Notes: generated by a model from the sequence alone, not told the origin. 64,000 nt of DNA from an uncultured virus (IMG/VR IMGVR_UViG_3300000553_000007) (IMGVR_UViG_3300000553_000007); one strand, 5' to 3'. Positions 50,817-60,624 are shown, numbered from the stretch's first letter. Numbers and translations: made by a program.

Positions 50817-53762
50817 TTAAATTATGTAATATTGTGTTGTCCCTGCAATGACGGTCATTGACGAGAACTGGTTTATGTTCCAAGTATACGTATTATCGAC
50901 TAATACAGAACTTGTTAAAGTTAAATTATATGGACTAACATTTTTTACCGTGTATTGTTTACCGGAACTTAATGCTGGTAAACTTACAGATAATGCTGAC
51001 GAACCGCTCATTATTATAATACTATCCGTAGTCAATATATTATAATTATTAGATTGTATACCAACCACGTTTGTTATGTTACCAGCATTGTTAGCATAGG
51101 ATGCAGTGTATAAAGTATTTCCGGCAGCGATTGCAAAATCGGTTCCTGATGCATATGATGCAAATGATGCAGTTCCGTAAAACATGGAAGCAGTAATAAC
51201 CGAACATGATATGTTACCAACCACGTCTAATTTGTTGACGGGAATTTGAGTTCCGATACCTACTTTACCACTGGCACTTATAAACAAACTACTGGTATTA
51301 GTATTAACATTGAAGGTATAACTTGGTAAACTTCCCGTAGAATTATATGTTATACCACCATTACTATTAACAGTATGCTGAACATAATTTGAAGTATTAT
51401 ACCCGAGTCTTAATTGTTCCGTGGTGGATACTGGATTTAACAATCCAGTTGACGGATTGTAGGTTAATCCTGATGCAACATAAACTGGTTGATTACCTGA
51501 TGTTCCTGCGGATAAATCTAAATAATAAGCAGCATTGGTAGTTGTTAATGATACCGAACTACTATTTGATGCATTTGCTATAGTAGCATAACTGGATGAA
51601 ATACTCGAACTTGCCCATGATGAACTTGCTACAGTAGTCACCGGATATAAATTTGGAGCATAACTTGCCGTGGTAGCATAACTGGATGTTCCATTTATAA
51701 CAATAGACGCATATGACGCCGAAGTTAAATGATAGTATTCACCAGAGGCACCACCCTGTAATCCATTCAAATCATTATGATTAGATATTCCAGACGGCGC
51801 AAACATTGTAGTGAATGCCGAATCTATTTCTACAGCAGGAACAGTTGATTTTTGATAAATCACTCTACCAATTAATATAGTGGTATCCAAAAATTCCGAT
51901 GGAACCGCTGGCGGTGACGCTATTTGTGCCGCCGATAATGTGGCATAATCACTACCATAAAAAACAAACATCGTATTCAAATTACCAACCCCACGATAAA
52001 TATAATTGGATGTCCAATGATTTGGTCCACCACCCAAAGCAACCACGTTGGTTCCATTGTCACATTGAGTATTGGTCATCTGCGTAACTATCGACTGTGA
52101 CCACGCACTTGCGGAATGTGCCACCAATACAAATCTATTAACATTGGAATTACAGGCGGGTAATTGAGTATTCTGTGAACCCACCCACACACTTCCCGAA
52201 GTTATTGTAGCATACAATGAACTACTAACACCTAAAATTAAACCGTCTGCCAGTGAAATTCCCATCGTGTCAGCAAATCTATGCAACAATTTGTTCGGTA
52301 ATAAATTTCCCGGCGTATCCCAACCAATGACTGATACTGCTGCTGCCGTAGTTCTATAAACTAAAGTATATACCAACGTAGTTTGAATCTCATCTATCGC
52401 TTGGTCATCCGTCGCCAACGTATATATCGGATTTCCATTATTATAGGAGACAGCAATATACTGAGTATTGAATGGGGATGTATCAATCGTGAAAGATGCT
52501 GATGGAATTTGATAATTTTGAACGGGTCCAACACCACTCGAATTTAATGACAAATTAGCATATGCCGCACCAATATAAACTTGTCCCGCACTCCCCGTAG
52601 TTATCGTCGGTAACGTTGTCATACCAACGAAAGGATAAGTATTCTGTACAATGTTAGTGGTGCTTACTTGAATACTTCCACTTGCAGCATCCACTGCTAA
52701 CACATACCCAACCTCCGTTATGACATATGGATGCGGCGGTATTACCGTAGAAAATGAACCGGAAGATGTATTGGATAAATATAATGCCTGACCGCTGGTA
52801 TATCCCAAAGTATTCAATCCACGAACTTGACCGTTTCCCGTAACTAATCCAATACTTCCACTATTTATAATAGTATTGGAAATACCAACCACGTTTGGTT
52901 TTACACTCCCTGCGGAATAATCCGATATTGCCAGTTTAATAACTGGAATTGAAAATCCAACAGACGAAGTGACATATACAGGACTTCCTGCCGGAATGTA
53001 TTCACCCGCATAACAACGCAGAGTTTGTTGTTGACCAACTTTTGTTGAACTGCCAGAAATATCAGAATAAATTGCATATGTCTTAGCATCATCATCCCAA
53101 TACATTGTAGCAGCAGAAAACGACGGTGAAGTTGCACCAACAACTGACGTTATATACGACTGAGAAAGATAAATATTGGCACCTTTATTAAGGTATGATG
53201 CCGTCAAAGAACTGTTTATTGCGCCGACAACATTCGATGCAGTCACATAACTTGCAGTATTTGCCAAATTAGGAATAAAGTTAATTGCGCCTGCAACTGC
53301 CGCATAACTTGATGAAATACTTGAAGATGCCCACGATGAACTTGGAACTGTCGTTACTGGATATAAATTCGGAACATAAGATGCGCTGGTGGAATTGTTA
53401 CTCCACGACGCTGTTCCAATCAAAGTTCCCGTGTGTGACCCCGTAAATGAGGCAGTAATTCCGTTCACGCTTATTTGACTTGGTAATATCAGCGGAGCAT
53501 ATGATGAACTAAAAGAATATGATGCACTATTGACCGTTCCAACAACGTTACTGGAAGTGACATAAGATGCGGTATTACTTAATAAAGATACGCTGGAACT
53601 CAATGAACTGGATGCCCATGACGAACTTATTGAACTGGAAACTAATGTTGATGGAACATATCCCATTAAATAGGATGCGGTCACCGCAAATGATGCGGTT
53701 CCATACAACGACCCCGTTGCGGTTAAATTACTGATTGATGCTGTATCTGTATAAAGTATCAT
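50817..53762 (-). CDS. Tail fibre-like protein with ASY/ASW repeats
   Basis: Numerous TASY/SSSWAS repeats, GKVGIGTQIP..KLDV.G, HNDL.GLQGG...EYYHLT. Confidence 0.8.
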   Translation of the reverse strand: MILYTDTASISNLTATGSLYGTASFAVTASYLMGYVPSTLVSSSISSSWASSSLSSSVSLLSNTASYVTSSNVVGTVNSASYSFSSSYAPLILPSQISVNGITASFTGSHTGTLIGTASWSNNSTSASYVPNLYPVTTVPSSSWASSSISSSYAAVAGAINFIPNLANTASYVTASNVVGAINSSLTASYLNKGANIYLSQSYITSVVGATSPSFSAATMYWDDDAKTYAIYSDISGSSTKVGQQQTLRCYAGEYIPAGSPVYVTSSVGFSIPVIKLAISDYSAGSVKPNVVGISNTIINSGSIGLVTGNGQVRGLNTLGYTSGQALYLSNTSSGSFSTVIPPHPYVITEVGYVLAVDAASGSIQVSTTNIVQNTYPFVGMTTLPTITTGSAGQVYIGAAYANLSLNSSGVGPVQNYQIPSASFTIDTSPFNTQYIAVSYNNGNPIYTLATDDQAIDEIQTTLVYTLVYRTTAAAVSVIGWDTPGNLLPNKLLHRFADTMGISLADGLILGVSSSLYATITSGSVWVGSQNTQLPACNSNVNRFVLVAHSASAWSQSIVTQMTNTQCDNGTNVVALGGGPNHWTSNYIYRGVGNLNTMFVFYGSDYATLSAAQIASPPAVPSEFLDTTILIGRVIYQKSTVPAVEIDSAFTTMFAPSGISNHNDLNGLQGGASGEYYHLTSASYASIVINGTSSYATTASYAPNLYPVTTVASSSWASSSISSSYATIANASNSSSVSLTTTNAAYYLDLSAGTSGNQPVYVASGLTYNPSTGLLNPVSTTEQLRLGYNTSNYVQHTVNSNGGITYNSTGSLPSYTFNVNTNTSSLFISASGKVGIGTQIPVNKLDVVGNISCSVITASMFYGTASFASYASGTDFAIAAGNTLYTASYANNAGNITNVVGIQSNNYNILTTDSIIIMSGSSALSVSLPALSSGKQYTVKNVSPYNLTLTSSVLVDNTYTWNINQFSSMTVIAGTTQYYII

Positions 53763-53765
53763 AAA

Positions 53766-55910
53766 TTAATTCTTTATTGTCGTCCACGAGGTTTCTCCTG
53801 TCAATGCGGTTGATGAATTACTATTAATCACAAAACTGCTTGATGTTTTTGAACCATATGACCATGCACGACTATCAACTCCAAGTATAAATATACTATA
53901 GTTTGTATTTAAGTATCCCAATCCACTAACCGACGCTGATAATGGAGACCCGCCAAAACTTGAATTGACAATGATTCCTGATTTTATATTAGGAGTGAAA
54001 CTTGCCGTGGCAGCATAACTCGAACTTGCCACTGTTCCACTAACATTACTTCCAAGAATATAGGATGCCGATACAGCATTAGTCGGAATATAAGCAGAAC
54101 CATTCTTTAATAAATTGGTGGTAAAATTAATATCTCCTACCACGTCCAATGTATGACTTGGTGTTGAATTATTAACACCCATATTACCATTTACATCTAG
54201 GTGTAGTAATTCCGTTGACTCATTTACGTTGAACTTAATATTCTTACCTTGGAATAATAAATCTACAGGTGTACTAAGGTTATAATCATATCCATTAAAG
54301 TATGTATAATCACCCGGTTGGTAATAACCAATAGATAGTTTGCTTGCCAATACAAGTGCCTGGTCAATTCTTATATAACCATTAACTTTCAAATCTTTAT
54401 TTACCGTCATTGTTCCATTGAACCCACTGAATGAATCCACACTAAAATTACCGTCATTACTCAAATACATGTAAGACCCATAAGCATCTGCCATGAATCC
54501 TGTTCCTGTTCCTGCCAATGTAAACTGTGCCCCACTGGATGCTTTAAATTGAGCATTGCCATAATCGTCAAACTTCATATATGCACCCATACCATTTGAA
54601 ATGTTACAAGTTTGATTTGATAATATAGTTAAATTATCACTCGTATCAAAATATAATTCACTTCCGCCAGTAATGCTGGTTGGAGTTATAACCATTGGGG
54701 AAAGATAATTGTAATATTGATTACTATAATCTTCATATCCAAGTGATACTTGACCAATGGAAAAATGAGTAAGTGTAGTATCAATATAGTTATCACCATA
54801 TGCTCCATATTGGTCATCTTCCCCAACTACAATTCGATAACCACTTGCATTTGCTACGGGTGACCATCCTGCTGTCATATAATATGCATTAGTACTACTG
54901 TCGTCATATCCACTGAATACTAATGGGTTAGTTGAATATACTCTGCCAGATGGAGAATCCCAATAAGCATACACGTTGAATTGATAATAGTTACCATAGG
55001 CACCATATGCCCCACTACCATAATTGAAGAATAATAATGGTGAAATTGTGGTTGGGTCACCAATGGTATAGATTGTAGTATTATTATAATCCAATTTACC
55101 TCTTGGGGTTGAAGTATTGATACCAACACCAGTACCAACTACATCTGTTATATCGGGTAATTGGACAGTTGACCAAGATGAACTAACGGCGTTTAAAACA
55201 TAGGATGCACTCACAGCATTCTTAACATAGGATGCGCTGGAAACTGTTCCAACAACATTAGAACCAGTTATAAAGGATGCTGATTGAGCATTGGAACTTG
55301 ATTTTGCAAAACTTGCGGTTCCTGATAACGATGCAGTCACACTGGAAGCGGATACTGACGTAAATATTGTTTGTCCCGTCGCTTGATTATAAACTAAATC
55401 GGTGGTATCAATATAATCTGGTTGGTTACCTGAACCAGTAACTACAAGAAAATAATATAATCCACCACCCGATACTGTAGAAACACTTGAACTTAACGAT
55501 GTGGATGAACTAACGGCGTTTAAAACATAGGATGCAGTATCCGAATGACTACTGCTTATGATTATATTTGTTTCATACGATGATGTATAAGAATAAGATG
55601 CTGTATCGGCAAAATGAGCATGTGATGCAGATATCGACTCCACGGAAATAGAAGCAGTATCAGCTAATAACGCGACATCGGCCACTAATGCCAACGACGA
55701 TATATTTGAATATGAAGAACTAACCGAAACCGATGCGGTTTGGTCTTGTGTAAGGATACTTCCACTTAAAGATGATGTTGGAAATCTTAAAATTACATTC
55801 CCGTATCCATCTAAGAAGTATCCGGTATTACCAGAAACGTAATTCTGTACCACGTTCTGATAGGAAGTGGATATGTACTGATTTGTTAAATCTTGTGACG
55901 GAAATTGCAT
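53766..55910 (-). CDS. Tail fibre-like protein
   Basis: ASY repeats, GVGINTSTP and GVNNSTPSHTLDVVG units; shares modules with 28168..31200. Confidence 0.8.
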   Translation of the reverse strand: MQFPSQDLTNQYISTSYQNVVQNYVSGNTGYFLDGYGNVILRFPTSSLSGSILTQDQTASVSVSSSYSNISSLALVADVALLADTASISVESISASHAHFADTASYSYTSSYETNIIISSSHSDTASYVLNAVSSSTSLSSSVSTVSGGGLYYFLVVTGSGNQPDYIDTTDLVYNQATGQTIFTSVSASSVTASLSGTASFAKSSSNAQSASFITGSNVVGTVSSASYVKNAVSASYVLNAVSSSWSTVQLPDITDVVGTGVGINTSTPRGKLDYNNTTIYTIGDPTTISPLLFFNYGSGAYGAYGNYYQFNVYAYWDSPSGRVYSTNPLVFSGYDDSSTNAYYMTAGWSPVANASGYRIVVGEDDQYGAYGDNYIDTTLTHFSIGQVSLGYEDYSNQYYNYLSPMVITPTSITGGSELYFDTSDNLTILSNQTCNISNGMGAYMKFDDYGNAQFKASSGAQFTLAGTGTGFMADAYGSYMYLSNDGNFSVDSFSGFNGTMTVNKDLKVNGYIRIDQALVLASKLSIGYYQPGDYTYFNGYDYNLSTPVDLLFQGKNIKFNVNESTELLHLDVNGNMGVNNSTPSHTLDVVGDINFTTNLLKNGSAYIPTNAVSASYILGSNVSGTVASSSYAATASFTPNIKSGIIVNSSFGGSPLSASVSGLGYLNTNYSIFILGVDSRAWSYGSKTSSSFVINSNSSTALTGETSWTTIKN

Positions 55911-55929
55911 ATTTTATTATAACACATAA

Positions 55930-56514
55930 TTATCTAAGAAAATCCCCAATTCCACTTAAAATAACTCTCATGTGATTTTTATATTCTGGGTTTGAATTAA
56001 AGTATTCTTTTAATATTTGAGTTACATCATTATGTTTCTTCTTTAAATTTGATTTTCTAATACCAAACTTTTCACAAATAGATGCAATTTCCTTCTTAGG
56101 AACAAATGGATTAATAGATTTTAGTTTTTTTGTAGGTGTGGATTTGATTTCTTTTATAGACTTCATAACCGATTTTACCTCTACAATTGGTTTATTATTA
56201 GAATATTTTTGTTCATCTACTCTAACTTTTACCGATGTATGTTCTTCTACTATGAAATTTGATTCCCACGGTTTAAAGTAGGTATCTTCTACAATCACTT
56301 CCAAGTGCATTTTACCTGTGGTATTTTCGTCAAGAAACCCCTTTAATCTTTTAATTGGAACCACACATTTTTGGCCGTCGATTTTTCCATTGAAAACAAA
56401 ATTAACACCTTCCGACTCTATTATAATTCGTGCGATTGAGTTTTTAAGTGTCGCATTCTTCACAGAAATTTCACATTCAAAATCCTCATTTTTGTCAACA
56501 TAAATCTTATACAT
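55930..56514 (-). CDS. Hypothetical protein
   Basis: 194-aa ORF in operon context, beta-rich N-terminus. Confidence 0.6.
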   Translation of the reverse strand: MYKIYVDKNEDFECEISVKNATLKNSIARIIIESEGVNFVFNGKIDGQKCVVPIKRLKGFLDENTTGKMHLEVIVEDTYFKPWESNFIVEEHTSVKVRVDEQKYSNNKPIVEVKSVMKSIKEIKSTPTKKLKSINPFVPKKEIASICEKFGIRKSNLKKKHNDVTQILKEYFNSNPEYKNHMRVILSGIGDFLR

Positions 56515-56550
56515 ATCGTGTCCATCCTTTATTATATATTCCTGATATCA

Positions 56551-56874
56551 TCATTGTTCCTTTAATTTTACATCCAAATTTATATCAACTCCTGCCGCCG
56601 TTTTTACATCATCAATAGAAACCTTCATCGTACCTATCTCTTTTTCTTCTTCATACGTCTGACCTTTTATTTTACAAATTAATTTAATTAATCGTTTCTT
56701 TTTATCACCTTCAACCGTTTTATATGGATTCCAAGGTTGAATGAGTTGTGATGCATCCACACCAACCGGCTGTAAAATCACAGGATTCGGTTGAATTGGA
56801 CAACGGGACCACCAAAAATTTACATCTTTCCAGTATAAATTCTCGGTACCCCATATTGCGCAACTGTTATTCAT
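56551..56874 (-). CDS. Hypothetical protein
   Basis: 107-aa ORF directly after a TATTTATT motif. Confidence 0.55.
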   Translation of the reverse strand: MNNSCAIWGTENLYWKDVNFWWSRCPIQPNPVILQPVGVDASQLIQPWNPYKTVEGDKKKRLIKLICKIKGQTYEEEKEIGTMKVSIDDVKTAAGVDINLDVKLKEQ

Positions 56875-56899
56875 ATAATAAATACAAACGTATTACACT

Positions 56900-58171
56900 T
56901 TAATCGTAATACGTTACATTAAATGCCCCTCGTTTAGCCACATCGCCTATCGCTTCAAATAGGTTACTTTTCTTAGTTGAGGCAATTTTAGTCTTTAAAA
57001 ATTTACCCAATGCCACCAAATGTTTACAAAGTCCTTCGCCATAGTCATATGCGGGTTTAGGCCTCCTATTAAGACACCCATTTAGACTATCAGTTCCGAT
57101 GTGACTAGCTCCCTTAGATGCGTCGTTATACGCAAATCTATACATAAAATCTTCACATTCACAATCTACTTCACACTTCAATTTAGATGCGTCATCATTA
57201 TTTCCAACCGACCCCTTTAAAAATTTGATTGACCCTCTAAATGGTTTATTGGTAGTTGTAGTCTGTGGACTGGATTTATATCTAAAATTCCACTGTTCTT
57301 GATTTCCATCGGTACTAACAGGTAAAGAACGAACCGTCACGTTAGACGACTTTTCTTTCCTTTCCGGCGTGGTGAGTCTTAACAACTCATCGTATGACAT
57401 TTCTTCATTTATACCACATTTCAATACAATTTCTTCCAATAATTGAGTCTCTCGTCCTGTAGTATCATCGACTAAATATTCACACTGTTGTTCTATGGCT
57501 AAGTCATTCAATGCCTTTAATTTCTTTGAATTAATAGAAGTTCCCTTTTCATATGAATAATTTAACGTAGTATCATTACCCCACTTTTGTTTAACGACTC
57601 TGATAAATCCCAATCGATACATCATAGTATAAATGTCAGATAAATCTACATTTACCTTACGTCCAATTTTCTTTAAATATTCTTCCGCCCAATATCTATG
57701 TTGTTCAAATGATACTGGATGTAAATTCATATGAGGGCCCAACCACCAAAATTTCAAACCAACCTGTTCAGTTAATATGGATTCTTGAAGAAAATCGGTT
57801 ATAGTTTTTCCTGTCTCACAATCTTCTAAAAATTTACAATCATGTTCAGTAGCCAAATCTTTTAATGCTTTCATCTGTCGTTGAGTCGGTTCTGGTAACG
57901 GTTCTTTCCATGATGTATTTCTATAATACATCGTATTTCCACTAAAAACCACTCTGATGAATCCCATTTTATATAAAACTGACTGTGCATCTAAACTTAG
58001 ATACCCAGGAATTTTCATTTTACTCAGTAAATGAAGAGCCCAACCACGATGTCCCTCATATCGTACTTCATGAAATTTTAAATTCGGGTCTAACCAACCG
58101 CCATATGGTCTGTCGGATGAATATTCATCGTCGGTATCATATGATATTTCTTTTAACTTAGTCGTATTCAT
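56900..58171 (-). CDS. Two 'W-H-GWxR' domains plus SWIM-type zinc finger
   Basis: GGWLDP..GH.GWA..YKMGFIRV and FWWLGP..QH.YWA..YRLGFIRV; C-terminal CECEDF...CKH. Confidence 0.7.
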   Translation of the reverse strand: MNTTKLKEISYDTDDEYSSDRPYGGWLDPNLKFHEVRYEGHRGWALHLLSKMKIPGYLSLDAQSVLYKMGFIRVVFSGNTMYYRNTSWKEPLPEPTQRQMKALKDLATEHDCKFLEDCETGKTITDFLQESILTEQVGLKFWWLGPHMNLHPVSFEQHRYWAEEYLKKIGRKVNVDLSDIYTMMYRLGFIRVVKQKWGNDTTLNYSYEKGTSINSKKLKALNDLAIEQQCEYLVDDTTGRETQLLEEIVLKCGINEEMSYDELLRLTTPERKEKSSNVTVRSLPVSTDGNQEQWNFRYKSSPQTTTTNKPFRGSIKFLKGSVGNNDDASKLKCEVDCECEDFMYRFAYNDASKGASHIGTDSLNGCLNRRPKPAYDYGEGLCKHLVALGKFLKTKIASTKKSNLFEAIGDVAKRGAFNVTYYD

Positions 58172-59046
58172 TTTCCTAATTTTCTTTTAAAAATATTACT
58201 AACACACAAACTATCATTGTTTCTTATTATACCATCTCCTTTTATATCGAAAATATTATATAAGCATCCTGTGTTTGTTCGATTGTCTATAGAAACCATA
58301 AATATATCAAATCTTTTATTATCTATCATTCTTATTTTACTGAATATATTACCGTTACTATCCCTTATAAATATTCCGGTATTATTACTTATTAACAACA
58401 CATTATCAAAGATATTTGTGGTAAAATTCATATCCAATGATATTCCTGCTGCTAGATTATTGAAAATTAATAGATTTTGAAATAAACAATTGGTTGTTTG
58501 ATAACATGCAATGCCATCAAATTGATTGTTAAATGCTACATAATTACTGACGACTAAATTCAAGACTCCGAACGTGGTGACTAACCCACCTGATATACAA
58601 TTATGAATCGTCACGTCATTGATGAATACATCTTTAGAATTTTGAATTATTACTCCATTATTATACATCGGATATCCGAGTGGTGATAGTTTCCAAAGTT
58701 CCTTTGATTGATTGGTTCTATTACCATCTATCTGTATATTCATCAATACGACGTTAGACACGCATTCCGACCCCTGTATACCAACTACGATAACAGGACA
58801 ATTTACATTACTACTTAATAAGAATATAGTGTTGGTATCACCTACTATAGCGATATTACTCTTATAAATGATAATCGGACTTGTTATGTTTATGGTAGAA
58901 TTTGGTAGAAGTATAATGCCGCCATCGACCGGAATGTCATCCAATAATTTTTTAATATATGATTCGTCAGACATTGTAGCTGAAAAACAAGTGATACACA
59001 TTATTATCAGTATAATACCGGAAGCTAAAATTGTATTAATTCTCAT
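58168..59046 (-). CDS. Right-handed beta-helix (pectate-lyase-like) protein with signal peptide/TM
   Basis: Hydrophobic N-terminus; GGIILLP..., IDGNRTNQ, Asn-ladder repeats (NN.FDGI, NN..AGI). Confidence 0.75.
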   Translation of the reverse strand: MRINTILASGIILIIMCITCFSATMSDESYIKKLLDDIPVDGGIILLPNSTINITSPIIIYKSNIAIVGDTNTIFLLSSNVNCPVIVVGIQGSECVSNVVLMNIQIDGNRTNQSKELWKLSPLGYPMYNNGVIIQNSKDVFINDVTIHNCISGGLVTTFGVLNLVVSNYVAFNNQFDGIACYQTTNCLFQNLLIFNNLAAGISLDMNFTTNIFDNVLLISNNTGIFIRDSNGNIFSKIRMIDNKRFDIFMVSIDNRTNTGCLYNIFDIKGDGIIRNNDSLCVSNIFKRKLGK

Positions 59047-59842
59047 ATGAAGAATTTTCGTCTATTTTAATGACTCGTCTTTCTCTATCACGTTTCATCC
59101 ATTTAATACCCTTTTCTATTGCCAAATCTTTTATCTTCTTCAAAATAAATGGCGGTGGATTTTCTCCTCTTTTATAATCATAATCTATGATGGTTTCTTT
59201 ATCACCATCACCTAACCAATCATCATATAATCCGACTCTGAGCCACCCCATAGCGAGTAGTATGTAATACGGAGAAGACTTTATTTCGTCGGTATTTATC
59301 TCTCCTTGTGAATTGTTCTGAACATCTTTCCATCTATCAATCTGTTCGGGTGACATATGTAAACTATTAATTAAATAATTCCTTGCCCAATTTATATGAG
59401 ATTCATGAGTTACCCCGTAGAACTTACCTTCAGGACTCAACCACCAGAATCTTCCTTCTCTGTTTTCTTTTTCTTTTGGTGGTACAAATTTGGTGGTGGT
59501 GACTGATTCATCAATATCATCATAACGTCTATCTGGAATATCATAATCCTCGTTATCCCAGTATCCTTTATTACATTCTACGTTATATCCCTTTCTAGTA
59601 AGGTAGTTCGATGTTATTGATTTTATTTCTCCGGTAGGTCTATCCGTCCATTCTACTTTTCCATTATTGTATCTAAATCTATTTCTTGACATAGGCAACC
59701 CAGCGGCGCCGTGAGTCATTGTCATCACATAATCTTTTGAAAATTCTTTAAAGTGAACTCCGCCATTGGAATCGACTGTACCTAATCCGAATTTGGCAGT
59801 TTTTGGATAGAGCTCGGATATAAGAGATTTCAACTTAATCAT
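59036..59842 (-). CDS. Modular protein: divergent 'WRY' domain plus 'W-H-GWxR' domain, MIKL leader
   Basis: MIKLKSLISE; GTVDSNG..TH..RFRY..VEW..YL..KGY; DIDES; FWWLSPEG..SH.NWA..LAMGWLRV. Confidence 0.65.
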   Translation of the reverse strand: MIKLKSLISELYPKTAKFGLGTVDSNGGVHFKEFSKDYVMTMTHGAAGLPMSRNRFRYNNGKVEWTDRPTGEIKSITSNYLTRKGYNVECNKGYWDNEDYDIPDRRYDDIDESVTTTKFVPPKEKENREGRFWWLSPEGKFYGVTHESHINWARNYLINSLHMSPEQIDRWKDVQNNSQGEINTDEIKSSPYYILLAMGWLRVGLYDDWLGDGDKETIIDYDYKRGENPPPFILKKIKDLAIEKGIKWMKRDRERRVIKIDENSSYEN

Positions 59843-59868
59843 ATGGATATAAATATCCACCGATTAGG

Positions 59869-60624
59869 TCATTTCATCAGTTTTCTTCGTTCTCTTAGGA
59901 TTGTAGCTTTTGAAGTTCCGTATTTGGATTCTAATTGTGGTATTGTAAATATATCCAATAAAATGTCTTTATGTAAGTTTTTACGAATTTCATTAAGATG
60001 ATGTTTTCTTTCTGAAATTCTTTGTTTGATTTCATCGCTCATAGGACCACGCTTTTTACCTGTCATGCCGTTATCATGTGAATAGTTGATTTTTCTATTT
60101 CTCAACACTTCATTACGTTTTTTGAACTCAATTAAACCTTCTTTTGTCCCATATTTTGTAATAAACCAATCTAAAGTGAACCGGCCTATGGATTTTTGTT
60201 TCATTTCTTTTATAGTGGAATCTTTGTGTTTTTTACCAAACATTCCATTACTTTCGCCGCAGTTTATTATTTTCATTTTTTCTATAAATTGGTCACGATT
60301 TGGATTGTAAGTTATATTATCTCCACCTTCAGCTTTATCGCAAATGTTATATCCCACGTTTCTTTCATATGGTTTTAATGTTGAAAGATAGTAATTTTCA
60401 CGTTCAAAAAGAATTTTTTGGTCTGATTCCGTTTCTTCTATTATTTCAAATAGGAATTTATCGTGACCATATTTGTTCCACGCATTTTGAAGTTTTGGAT
60501 TAATATGATACCCACCAAAAAGATGTTTTTTGTGTTCTTCCAATCTATGTTCTATATCCTTCGAACTCCCAATGTAAAATTTTTTATTAACTATATTTGT
60601 AATTTTATATATCCCACTTTTCAT
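59869..60624 (-). CDS. GIY-YIG homing endonuclease
   Basis: SGIYKITN..KFYIGSS, GYNI...A.GG, NGMFGKKH (NUMOD3). Confidence 0.9.
   Translation of the reverse strand: MKSGIYKITNIVNKKFYIGSSKDIEHRLEEHKKHLFGGYHINPKLQNAWNKYGHDKFLFEIIEETESDQKILFERENYYLSTLKPYERNVGYNICDKAEGGDNITYNPNRDQFIEKMKIINCGESNGMFGKKHKDSTIKEMKQKSIGRFTLDWFITKYGTKEGLIEFKKRNEVLRNRKINYSHDNGMTGKKRGPMSDEIKQRISERKHHLNEIRKNLHKDILLDIFTIPQLESKYGTSKATILRERRKLMK

Noticed and set aside
4680..60624. Group I introns or inteins hosting the endonucleases
   Set aside because: Flanking genes appear complete with their own starts and stops; no split conserved gene or intein motifs seen.
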